A DNA stretch of 64,000 nucleotides from contig MCFH01000007.1 of assembly GCA_002104945.1 (NCBI GenBank), positions 868,001-932,000 on the forward strand, given 5' to 3'. This stretch comes from Piromyces finnis finn. Taxonomy: Eukaryota; Fungi; Neocallimastigomycota. This document shows positions 49,572-61,556 of the stretch, piece after piece (the first letter of the stretch is position 1; each line of letters starts with the position of its first letter). The translations under genes were made by a program, and so were the position numbers. The notes below the pieces were generated by a model that saw only the letters and a program-made list of their open reading frames with translations, had not been told where the DNA came from and did no database searches.

Positions 49572-52500
49572 GGGTCTTGTTGAATTCTCTTAGCTTTGCT
49601 GGACAGTTCAGATTTTCTTCGGGTTCCCATGAGGCTTCTGAAATAGGATATCCTTTCCATTTGATCAAGTACTGAGTTTTGTTATAGCGTCTTCTTTTGT
49701 CCAGAATTTCTTCTACTTCGTATTCCTCCTCTTCGTTTATAATGACAGGTGGTGGAGGTTGAACTTTTCGGTTTGTACTTTTCCCTTCGAAGTAAGGCTC
49801 GAGAGATGATTTATGGAATACCGGATCAATCTTCATGTTACCAGGGAGTTTCAATTTGAATGAGACTTCTGATATTTGTTGTTCAATTTCATAGGGACCG
49901 AGTTTCCGAGGGGTGAATTTTTTATTTCCCTTAACTAAATTATTATTGATTAACCATACCTTTTCTCCTGGTTTGAATGACGGGCCTGGTTGTCTATGTC
50001 TATTGGCGAAATGTTCTTGTTTCTTTTGGGCTTCCGAAAGGTTTTTCTTGAGGGTGCTGATAATTTCTTTTAATTCTTTTGTGTATTCTTCAGCTCTTGG
50101 AACTTCACTTGTTGTTGGAATTGTTGGATTAAAATTAGGATGGAAACCATAGTTCAAGAAGAAGGGTGTTTGTTTTGCAGATTCTTGAACTGAATTATTG
50201 TAACTAAATTCAGCTAGGCTTAAGTATTCGATCCAGTTAGTGCCTTTGTAATTTGAGAAGCAGCGTAGATATTGTTCTACAACGGAGTTCACTCTCTCCG
50301 TCTGGCCATTGGATTGGTGGTGATAAGCAGAAGAGTATTTCAAATCAATCTTGAGGGTAGCAAAGAATTTCTTCCAAAACTTTGAAGTGAACTGAGAACC
50401 TTGGTCGAGAACAATGTCGGAGGGGCATCCATGAAGTTTGAAGACGTTGTTAATGAAAGCTTCGGCAGCACGTTCAGCAGTGGGAACTTTTTCAAGAGGG
50501 ATAAAGTGAGCCATTTTTGTCAATCGATCAATGACAACGAAGATACAGGTAAATCCACGAGAAGAGGGGAGGTCAGTGATAAAATCCATAGCAATGGAAG
50601 ACCAGGGACGTTCACCTAAAGGAAGAGTGGATAATAACCCGTAAGGTTTATGTCTAGAGGATTTCGAACGACAGCAGACCTCACAAGAACGGACATAGTC
50701 CTTAACATCCTGATACATTTTGGGCCACCAGTAGTTACGGGAAATCAAGGATAAAGTTTTTGAAATACCAAAATGGCCGGCAGCAGGGGAGTCATGACAA
50801 GAAGACAGAATTTCAACTCGGCAATCATTAGGAACATAGATTTTATCTTGGAAAAGGAGGACGTTGTTACTAAGTTTGTAGTCAGAAGAACAATTATCAT
50901 TGAGAAGTTGATTAGAAGTCTCAATGAAGAATTTGTCAAGTTTACAAGAGAGAGCAATTTTTTCAAGAAGAGAAGAAGGAGTGGATGAAGCAAAGCAGGA
51001 GCTGAAATTTTCGGGACGAAAGACAGAGTTATTAGAATCGGAATTGCAAGAGTGATCAAGATAGTCAGGTCTTCTTGACAAGGCATCGGTTTTCCCGTTC
51101 GAGGAACCAGGGCGATATTCAATGACAAAATCGAATTCAGCAAGGAAAAGGGACCATCTAATTAATCTCTGAGTCATCTTCTCCGGTTTCTTCTGAAAAA
51201 GGAGGTTTCTGTGGTCTGATATAATTTTGAAAGGATGATTCGCACCTTTCAAAAAATGTCTCCACACTTCTAAGGACGCGACGATAGCCAAAAGTTCTTT
51301 ATCATAGATAGGGTAGTTCTTCTCCGGGTTTGTAAGGGATCTAGAAAAGAACGCAACAGGGTGAAGAATATTGTCGAACTTGTTGACTTGAGACAATACA
51401 GCACCTATAGCGAAGTTACTTGCATCGGTTTCGACAACGAAAGGTAGGTCAACATCAGGATATGCAAGGATAGGCTGACTAATAAAATGCTTAACCAAAG
51501 CATCAAAAGCATCTTGAGCGGTATCGTTCCAAACGAAGGCGGTGTTCTTCTTGCAAAGTTGGTGGAGTGGGTGAGCATAGGCAGGAATAAATCTACGATA
51601 ATAGTTGGCTAAGCCTAGGAAAGATTGTAGTTCATGGACCGATTTAGGAGTCGGCCATTCCGCAATGGCTTTCACCTTATTAGGATCCATTCCGATACCA
51701 GAGGCAGAGATTCTATGACCAAGGAAGTCAAGACAAGGAGAGTCGAATAGACATTTTTCAAGTTTAGCGTACAGTCCGGCTTCTTCGAGTCTACGAAGGA
51801 CTTCATTGACGTGTTCATGATGTTCGGCTATATTATCAGAAAAAATGATAATATCGTCAATATACGAAAAGACGAATTTACCGATAATGCCTTCAAGAAC
51901 GTCGTTAATAAAATGTTGGAAGACTGCAGGAGCGTTCTTGAGACCGAAAGGCATTACCAGATATTCGAAATGGCCAAATTGACAGGTGAAGGCGGTCTTA
52001 TATTCATCGCCTTCTTTGATTCTTACCAAGTTATAGGCGGATCGAAGATCTAGCTTCGAGAACACCTAAGCTTTTCCTAGATGATCCAACATGTCTTGGA
52101 TCAATGGGAGAGGGTACGAGTTCCTAATGGTGATTTCGTTCAAGCGGCGGTAGTCGATACACATACGAAGTTCTCCACTCTTCTTCGGGACAAACAGAAC
52201 GGGAGCACCAGCTGGCGATTTGGATTTGCGGATAAACCCCTTTTTTAAATTTTCATTAATGGTTTCTTCTAATACCTTTGATTCTTTCTCAGTAAGTCGG
52301 TAGATTGGACCATAAAACAAGTTGCTATTTGGTCTCAGGTTGATCTCACAGTCGTACGGGCGATGAGGAGGGAGTTTATCAGCGAGCCTTTCCTCGAACA
52401 CTTTGGAGTGTTGAGAGTAGTGAATTGGAATTTGGGGTGACTCAACTTCAGGTTCTTCTAAACAAGTGAATACATTGAAAGGGTATTCAGGTGTATTTCC

Positions 52501-54377
52501 AACTGACATTTCGTCCTTCGATTGGTCTTCGAGTTCAGAAGTGGTAGAGCTAGCAGATTCTTTCCTTAAGCAATTTTCCTTACAGTATTCAGAATGATAG
52601 GAAACGTCCTTACTAGCAAAATTGATTGTCGGATTGTGAAGGGCTAGCCAATCAGAGCCAAGAATACAACAGTAAGAAGGCAATTCTACGACGTAAAATT
52701 GTAACTGGCATGAGTGATTCATGTGTTCCACAGTTATAGGCCAAGTCTGGCCGATAATCTTTTGGTGACCTCCGATACCTATAATTTGTGGGCATTTTAC
52801 TTTGGTAATTATAGGGATCTCATGGGCCTTAACAAAGGCGTGGTCTATCAAACAGAATTGTGAACCACTATCTAAGAGAACTTTAGTTCCGACAGATTTG
52901 TATGGAAGAACAACATCAACATCGATAACCGTTTGAGGTAAAGAGGAGTTATCCGAAAGTCGAGTGGATTTTTCTTGTTCATTCAAAACATGGACCCCAG
53001 CTGTAAAGATATCAAACGCCACAGATTGATATCTTTAATGTAACTTAAGCCATAAATATTATTGTTTAAGTTACACGAATTATATTACAGAAAAAGAAAA
53101 TGGGACATAATTTATTTATTAATAATTAAAGTTTAAAACAAAATAAATTATTAATTTATTCTTAATGTTTAACAATAAATTAAAATTCTCAATTCAAACC
53201 CCTAGTTTTAGTATTGTTTTGTAATAGAAATAGACATCTAGTATATAATTATTAAATGTTTAATATATCAATAATACATGGGCACATATTCAAATTGAAT
53301 AGTACTTAATTTGAATTGCCAATTGTATTTTACTAAAAAATAGTTATAGTTTAAATATTTATTAATAATTAAGATTTTAGTGTAGATTTTAAATAATAAT
53401 ATATAAGAAATAAATAGTTAAATATAATATAAATGTATTTAGGAAAAATATAAATAGAAGATATTTTTCATCATTTCATCGATGTAATTGTTATTAATAA
53501 AATTTCTATTATAATAAAAAATATTTTTAACAAAACAATTTTATTTTTATTTAATTTTTTGGTGTTATTGTAATAGAATAGATATCCTAATCTATTCTTT
53601 CTGAGTCAGCATTACACCAGCATTATTAGTATGGTTTTCCTTTTTGGTTCTAATAGGGCATTCAGATAATCGGTGACCAGGTTTACCACAATATAAGCAG
53701 AGATTCTCTTTCATTCGGCGGCTACGTTCTTCACTTGAAATGGGGCCAAAATTATTTTCCTTCTTGGGCTGAGTGGATTTACTTGTAGATCTTTCTGAGG
53801 AGCGGGATTGGAAGATTTGTTTAGAACGGAAACTTCTATTGGATCTTCTGTTTATTTCCTCTTGGTGGCATGCCAATCTACTTCCTATACGACTGGCTAT
53901 TGTTTGTAAGTTTATCAAGGTAGAAGGGCCAGGAAACATCTGAAGGATATGGGTGGCGATTCTATCGTCCAACCCATCAACAAAAGCATCCATCTTGGCT
54001 TGTTCATTCCAAGTGGATTCATCAGCATAGTAGTTAAATTCCTTGATATACTCTTGAGTATTGGATAGGCCATGTTGTTTGATCTTCTTGAGCTTTTGGT
54101 TGGCAGTATAGACCATATCCTGAAAACCAAAAGCAGCCTTCAGCTTTCCAACAAAGGCGCCATAATCCTGTAAGCAAGGATCATGGTTGTTAATCAAGGT
54201 AGCAGCCCAATTCATTGCATCCCCGTAGAGGCGACTAACGACGTAGAAGACCTTTTCTCCATCGTCCCTTCCTATTTCAGGATGGATCATAAAGATCATG
54301 TCCATTTTGGCTAAGAATCCCTTCAGGTAGCGACGGTTGCCATCAAAACCGTTCTTCAAATCAGCAGAGTTATCCAT
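49567..54377 (-). pseudogene. gag-pol: Family J gag-pol with chromodomain; disabled
   Basis: gag 53617-54377 rejoins PR across solo LTR-A; TAG in LGKA*VFSKLD near 52067; intact-looking chromodomain [11 protein letters not shown]. Confidence 0.92.
53002..53616 (+). mobile_element. Solo LTR-A inside element J
   Basis: TSD CCAGC. Confidence 0.95.
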
Positions 54378-54437
54378 AAAAAAAAATTAGAAGTAAGCAA
54401 ATAAACGAGGCACTGAGGTAGCGATCTTTTTTCTTAG

Positions 54438-54448
54438 AGTGTTTTTAT
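54438..54448 (-). promoter_or_regulatory. Family J self-priming PBS (ATAAAAACACT)
   Basis: Abuts the LTR-terminal CA; complementary to AGTGTTTTTAT in LTR-J (14976-14986), 37 nt after TATAAAA (14939). Confidence 0.75.
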
Positions 54449-57400
54449 TGTATTAATACAATTTGATAAGTGAATTAATTACTTAATGATTGGTTATAAA
54501 AATATAATTATGAAATTTTCATTAATCTAACCTTAATGATTTTCTAGTCTAACCCTTATCATTAGATATACTTCATTACAGTAATGCACCTATTAAAAAT
54601 ATTGATAAAGTTATTATTGATAATGAAGGATTTTTATTATATAATAATCTTATTTATGTTCCTAAATCTCTTAGGACAAGAGTTTTGGAACTTCATCATG
54701 ATTCTGTTGCTGCTGGTCATTTCGGTATTAAGATAACCACTGAACTGATTTCCAGAAACTTTTGGTGGCCAAGGTTTCATTCAGACGTTAAATCTTTTAT
54801 CAAATCTTGCGTGACTTGTTGCAAATCCAAAGTCCCCAGACATAAGCCTTATGGATTGTTATCCCCTTTGGACACTCCCAGTAGGCCCTGGTCTGATATT
54901 TCTATTGATTTTATTGTTGATCTTCCTAAGTCCAGAGATATGACAACTCTCATTGTTGTTGTCGATAGATTTACTAAATTTGCTCACGCCATTCCTTTAC
55001 GTTGTCTTCCTACTGCTTCGATTGCTGCTGATGCTTTTATTGCTAATGTCTTCCGTTTGTATGGTCTTCCTGATTCCATCATTTCTGATAGAGGCTCGCA
55101 ATTTACTTCTGACTTTTGGTCAAGACTTTGTGACCTTCTTAATATCAATCATTCATTATCAACTGCTAACCATCCGCAGACAGATGGTCAAACGGAGAGG
55201 GTGAACGGCATATTAGAACAATATTTCCGTTGTTTTATAAATAAAAAGCAGAATAACTGGGTTGATCTTATCCCATTTGCTGAATTTGCATATAATAATA
55301 CTTTACAACAATCTATAAATCAATCCCCATTCTTTGCTAATTATGGTTTTCATCCAAAGTTCAGCTTAGAAATTCCAGCTAATGATAGACCTAGTAGAGC
55401 TGAACAAAGAGTAATTGATATGAATGAAAACTTTAAATTATTAAAAGAAAATTTAGAAAAAGCTAAGGAAACATATAAGAAATATGCCGATATGAAAAGA
55501 ATGATTCCTCCAGAGTTCGAAATGGGAAAGAAGGTATGGTTATTGAAAGATTCTCCTGGAACCAACTTAAAGAAAAAATTAGCACCTCAAATGCTTGGTC
55601 CATTTGAAATAATTGAAAAAGTTAGTTCTCTCGCTTTTAAATTGAAACTTCCAAAGACAATGAGATGTCATCCAGTTTTTCATGTCTCATTGTTAGAACC
55701 ATACTTTGAAAACGAGTTTAACGATAGGTCTAATCGTAGGAAGAGAAATATTCACCTTAACACAGATTTGATTGAAAAAATCCCAGAGAAAATTGAGAAG
55801 ATGAAATCTGTTAATGGTGAAACATTTTATAAGTTATCGTGGAAAGGATTTGACAAATCCACCTGGATTTCTGAAGATCAGATTCCAGATAAACAATTAG
55901 TACAAGAGTTTGAAAGAAACTCTAAAAAGTCAAAACATAAGTCAAACGACACCTCCATGAAAATTAAAAAGAATAAAGTTGGTAATCTAATCAAGCACAG
56001 ATACCAACCATTTGTAATTGAAATTCCTTCGAGAAAAGATTCCCTATAAATTAATCTCGCAGGAGCTCGACTTAGAGAGAGAGATTGTAAAGATATCAAA
56101 CGCCTCAGCTTGATATCTTTAATGTAACTTAAGCCACAAGTATTATTGTTTAAGTTACACAATTTATATTACAGAAAAAGAAAATGAGACATAATTTATT
56201 TATTAATAATTAAAGTTTGAAACAAAATAAATTATTAATTTATTTTTAATGTTTTACAAATAAATTAAATTTCTCAATTTAATTTCTTAGTTTTAGAATT
56301 GTTTTTTGATAGAAAAAGATGAATAGTATATAAATAATAAATGATTAATATATAAATAATACATGGGCACATATTCAAATTAAATAGTATTTGATTTGAA
56401 TTGCCTATTTAATTTTACTAAAATAGTTATAGTTTAAATATTTATTAATAATTAAGATTTTAGTGTAGGTTTTAAATAATAATATATTTTAAATAAATAG
56501 TTATAATATAATATAAATGTATTTAGGAAAAATATAAATAGAAAATATTTTTCATCATTTTATCAATGTAATTGTTATTAATAAAATTTCTATTATAATA
56601 AAAGATATTTTATAAAACAATTTTTTATTTTATTTTTCAAATTTTTGTGTTATTGTAATAGAATAGATATCCTAATCTATTCTTTCTGTGTCAGCATTAC
56701 ATTAATTTTATAATTTTTATTATTAATTATTTTTATTTAATTAGTAATTATTAGTAATTATTGTTAATAAAAAATTAAAATAATTGTAAAGCCTCAATTG
56801 AAGCTTTAGTATAAATAGTTAAAGAAAAAATAATTAGTTAAGCTTCAATTGAGAATTATTTTCAATTTTATATAAAACCTTTTATTATCTGACTTATAAA
56901 AAAGTCCACTTTTAAATGTTAATAAAAAATCAAATTTAATTCTAAATTCAAATTATTAATAAAAAACTCTTAAATAAATTTTTAATAAATTTTTACTATT
57001 GTCTTTTCTAAAATTTTTATCAAACTTTATTTAATAATAAAATAATTCAACCTATTCTACAAACTCCTGATACAATTACCTTTCTTAGTAATTAAATTAT
57101 AGTTAAAATTCATTTAATATTTTTAATTTAGGAATATTATATAATAAAGTTAATTAATAAAATAAATCTTAATTATTAATAAAATATCATTGATTATTTT
57201 AATAATAAAATTCAATTAAACTTTTTCAAAGTATAAGTTATTATACTTAGGTATAGTAATAAAATATAATTACTGACTATAAAGAATATTATAACTATAT
57301 AATAAATTATAAAGAATTAATAGAGAAATGTACAAAAATTATAAAGATATAATTTTTATAATTTAAAAATCGAGTTAAACAACATTAAGGAATATAAATA

Positions 57401-57463
57401 GTTAATGGTTGAATTTCTATAATTCTGGCAAATTCAACTATTTAGGTTCATTCCTTAACAATT

Positions 57464-58263
57464 TGTAATAATTCCATTATAAATTATTATATAATAGAAT
57501 TATTAACTACAATTTATTGATAAATTGAGAATAAAAAGAAAATAAATATTAATACTTATCTTTAAGTTCGAGTTTATTATAAGAGTAGAAATAATTTTAC
57601 ACTTTAATAAGTTAATATGTTTTATTATAACTAAGTTAAGTAAAATAAAATTAAAAACGCTTTTATTATTATAATTTGTTTCTTATAATAATAACTCTTG
57701 ATTCCTTAGAAGAGAATCAAGAGTCTTTATTTATATTATTTAATAAATTTAAAGTTTAAATTAAAATTTTATCTAATCTTAACAAAATAATTTTTTTTTT
57801 AGGAAAAGATTAGAAGAAAAACCTAAACAAAGTTCGATCAACATTCTATACATATTGATCATCGTATATTTTAAGTAAAACCAATTATTTTAGAAATTGG
57901 AAAAAACCTTAAAATATCGATTCCTAAACAATGAATAATTATTTTAAAGTAATTAATTAAATAAATAATTAAATATATTTGATAAAAATATAAAGTTAAA
58001 TAAAAGTAATTAATTAAATTAATTAATTAAATGAATAAATATAATTAATAAAAATATTAAATAAAATATTAATGAATAATATAATTAAATGGCTAAATGT
58101 AATTTAAGATATTAAAATTAAGTGAAAATAAATAATTAAAATAAATTTAAATGAGAATAATTATTTAAATAAACTAATATTAATAACATTAATTAATGAT
58201 TAATAATTAATGATTTTAACTAAGAAATATTAATTATATATCAAATAATTATTATTTCTTACA
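57464..58263 (+). mobile_element. Solo LTR-H
   Basis: TGTAATA...CTTACA, 800 bp, near-TSD CAATT/CAATC. Confidence 0.7.
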
Positions 58264-59083
58264 CAATCGTGATATAATTTGATAATAATCTTAATTTTGA
58301 ATTTTACTTCAAAAAGTGATTATTATATTATATCTTTTGTTATAACTATATAAGTTATATTGATTAAGATTTAAAATCGTTTTTATAAAAATTAATAAAA
58401 TTGTTTTGTTAAAACACTAAATTGTTTTATTAGAAACACTTGTTTTTCTAATATTTAAATATTTAAAATTTTTATTTATTTATGTATAAAAGTGATTATT
58501 AAAATTATAAAATATTAATCTAACTATATAATATTTCTTTAATAATAATAATAATAATGATTAAAATAAGAATATTTACATGTATTTATATTTTCTTTTA
58601 GATTTAAACTATTTACATTAAAACAATAAAATTAATAACTATTTACAATAAAAGTAATAAAAGTAATTAGAAATAACAATAAAAGAAATAATTAAAAGTT
58701 AAAGAATATAAAAAGTTGTTTATTTTACAATTAATTAAAGTAATAATTATTTTTAATGTTTTAATAAAGGTGTTTAATTATATTATTTTATAACATGAAT
58801 TATTATATTTGTTTACTTTTAAAGTGTAATTTACTAACGAAGTTATTAAATATTTAATTTAACAATTAATTTAACAAAAGTTATATATTTTGATCTCGAT
58901 TAATTAAAGTTTATTATTTTCTTTCAATAATCAAAATATATGCAGTGTTTAGGATTAATTTTATTTAAGAATTTTGGTAAAGTACTTAATTAAACTATAA
59001 CTTGTTTTAAGTTACTTTTAGGGTTAACTTAAAAATCAGGTTTAATAATAATTTTATATTTATTAATTTCATTATTTATCAAT
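58264..59083 (+). mobile_element. LTR-L copy 1 (both ends damaged)
   Basis: 58270-58785 is near-identical to 61041-61556. Confidence 0.65.
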
Positions 59084-59483
59084 TGTATTTCGGGGTTTGC
59101 CAAGCTGGCTTCGCCGTCAGGTTTTTGGACACTGACCTACTTGTCATGTTTTCGACTCCGGGTTCTCTATATTATGGATTAAATATAGCAATCGCTATAT
59201 TTAATCCATAATATTTGTCTATTTCTATTTCTTCTTTTTTATTTAAATAATTGAAGTTACCAATCAATATGAATAATGTTTATTCATAATTATTAAATAA
59301 GAATATTTATAAATAGTAAATATAAATAATTTATAAAATTCATGTAAATTTAGTCTTTAGAATTAGTATTAAGGTTAATTTGTATTAATAATATTAAATA
59401 ATCAAATCATTAATAAAATATACTATTAATACAAAAAATAGTTAATTAGTATTGTGTTAACCTGAGTCTCTTGTGTTGTTACA
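59084..59483 (+). mobile_element. LTR-D lacking its first ~40 nt
   Basis: Matches 28515-28914; no TSD; its right end abuts a truncated LTR-A. Confidence 0.85.
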
Positions 59484-61029
59484 ATTACATTGATAAAATG
59501 ATGAAAAATATCTTCTATTTATATTTTTCCTAAATACATTTATATTATATTATAACTATTTATTTAAAATATATTATTATTTAAAATCTAGACTAAAATC
59601 TTAATTATTAATAAATATTTAAACTATAACTATTTTTAGTAAAATACAATTGGCAATTCAAATTAAGTACTATTCAATTTGAATATGTGCCCATGTATTA
59701 TTGATATATTAATCATTTATTATTTATATATTATTTATCTATTTCTATGAAAAAAACAATACTAAAACTAAGAAATTAAATTGAGAAAGTTAATTTATTT
59801 GTAAAACATTAAAAATAAATTACTAATTTATTTTGTTTCAAACTTTAATTATTAATAAATAAATTATGTCTCATTTTCTTTTTCTGAATATAATTTGTGT
59901 AACTTAAACAATAATACTTGTGGCTTAAGTTACATTAAAGATATCAAACAGAGGCGTTTGATATCTTTACAATCTCTCTCTCTAAGTCGAGCTCCTGCGA
60001 GATTAATTTATAAGGAATCTTTTCTCGAAGGAATTTCAATTACAAATGGTTGGTATCTGTGCTTGATTAGATTACCAACTTTATTCTTTTTAATTTTCAT
60101 GGAGGTGTCGTTTGACTTATGTTTTGACTTTTTAGAGTTTCTTTCAAACTCTTGTACTAATTGTTTATCTGGAATCTGATCTTCAGAAATCCAGGTGGAT
60201 TTGTCAAATCCTTTCCACGATAACTTATAAAATGTTTCACCTTTGATAGATTTCATCTTCTCAATTTTCTCTGGAATTTTTTCAATTAAATCTGTGTTAA
60301 GATGAATGTTCCTCTTCCTACGGTTAGACCTATCGTTAAACTCGTTTTCAAAGTATGGTTCTAACAATGAGACATGAAAAACTGGATGACATCTCATTGT
60401 CTTTGGAAGTTTCAATTTAAAAGCGAGAGAACTAACTTTTTCAATAATTTCAAATGGACCAAGCATTTGAGGTGCTAATTTTTTCTTTAAGTTGGTTCCA
60501 GGAGAATCTTTCAATAACCATACCTTCTTTCCCACTTCGAACTCTGGAGGAATCATTCTTTTCATATCGGCATATTTCTTATATGTTTCCTTAGCTTTTT
60601 CTAAATTTTCTTTTAATAATTTAAAGTTTTCATTTATATCAATTACTCTTTGTTCAGCTCTACTAGGTCTATCATTAGTTGGAATTTCTAGGCTGAACTT
60701 TGGATGAAAACCATAATTAGCAAAGAATGGGGATTGATTTATAGATTGCTGTAGAGTATTATTATATGCAAATTCAGCAAATGGGATAAGATTAACCCAG
60801 TTATTCTGCTTTTTATTTATAAAACAACGGAAATATTGTTCTAATATGCCGTTCACCCTCTCCGTTTGACCATCTGTCTGCGGATGGTTAGCAGTCGATA
60901 ATGAATGATTAATATTAAGAAGGTCACAAAGTCTTAACCAAAAATCAGAAGTAAATTGCGAGCCTCTATCAGAAATGATGGAATCAGGAAGACCATGCAA
61001 ACGGAAGACATAAGCAATAAAAGCATCAG
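59484..61029 (-). mobile_element. Family A copy 6, 3' fragment (partial 3' LTR 59484-59971, IN C-terminus)
   Basis: ORF 60008-61000 matches A integrase/chromodomain. Confidence 0.9.
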
Positions 61030-61556
61030 TGTAACGAATCTGATATAATTTGGTAATAATCTTAATTTTGAATTTTACTTCAAAAAGTGATTATTATATT
61101 ATATCTTTTGTTATAACTATATAAGTTATATTGATTAAGATTTAAAATCGTTTTTATAAAAATTAATAAAATTGTTTTGTTAAAACACTAAATTGTTTTA
61201 TTAGAAACACTTGTTTTTCTAATATTTAAATATTTAAAATTTTTATTTATTTATGTATAAAAGTGATTATTAAAATTATAAAATATTAATCTAACTATAT
61301 AATATTTCTTTAATAATAATAATAATGATGATTAAAATAAGAATATTTACATGTATTTATATTTTCTTTTAAATTTAAACTATTTACATTAAAACAATAA
61401 AATTAATAACTATTTACAATAAAAGTAATAAAAGTAATTAGAAATAACAATAAAAGAAATAATTAAAAGTTAAAGAATATAAAAAGTTGTTTATTTTACA
61501 ATTAATTAAAGTAATAATTATTTTTAATGTTTTAATAAAGGTGTTTAATTATATTA
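61030..61556 (+). mobile_element. LTR-L copy 2, right-truncated
   Basis: Starts TGTAACGAATC inside A pol; fused to K pol at ~61557. Confidence 0.7.

Larger units (their letters stand above)
49125..54580 (-). mobile_element. Family J chromovirus (3' LTR 49125-49491; internally deleted 5' LTR 54449-54580)
   Basis: TSD GTAAT in A pol; PPT AGAGGAGGAG. Confidence 0.94.
46472..56701 (+). mobile_element. Family A copy 4 (5' LTR stub 46472-46530; pol 47961-49124 and 54581-56049; 3' LTR 56086-56701)
   Basis: TSD TTAAT; LTR-F sequence is continuous across the insertion; gag is deleted. Confidence 0.88.
46277..57072 (+). mobile_element. Solo LTR-F (TA...TA) inside LTR-C, containing nested A/J insertions
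   Basis: TSD CAATT; the empty site is visible in the other LTR-C copy near 33000. Confidence 0.93.
32923..57460 (-). mobile_element. Element C, Ty3/gypsy without chromodomain; 3' LTR ~32939-33387, presumed 5' LTR ~46211-57460 (split by nested insertions)
   Basis: The two LTR copies differ at one position by eye and share orientation; gag, PR, RT, RH and IN lie between them; PPT-like AACGGAGGGC before TGTTAAGG; no TSD found. Confidence 0.75.

Noticed and set aside
30026-56701. A copy 3 and A copy 4 as two halves of one element split by C
   Set aside because: Breakpoints nearly coincide and the LTR subtype matches, but the TSD TTAAT and continuous LTR-F sequence pair 56701 with 46472, not with 30026 (flank GTTAA).
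16832-59971. Regularly recurring ~600-bp repeats with palindromes as a CRISPR-like or satellite array
   Set aside because: They are LTRs with TG...CA ends, individual TSDs and associated gag-pol; there is no repeat-spacer periodicity.
9002-60179. Recurrent short [28 protein letters not shown] (9002, 16723, 26797, 55878, 59895)
   Set aside because: Antisense reading of the LTR-A 5' end from a TTG; lengths and C-termini vary with flanking DNA; no sign of coding constraint.
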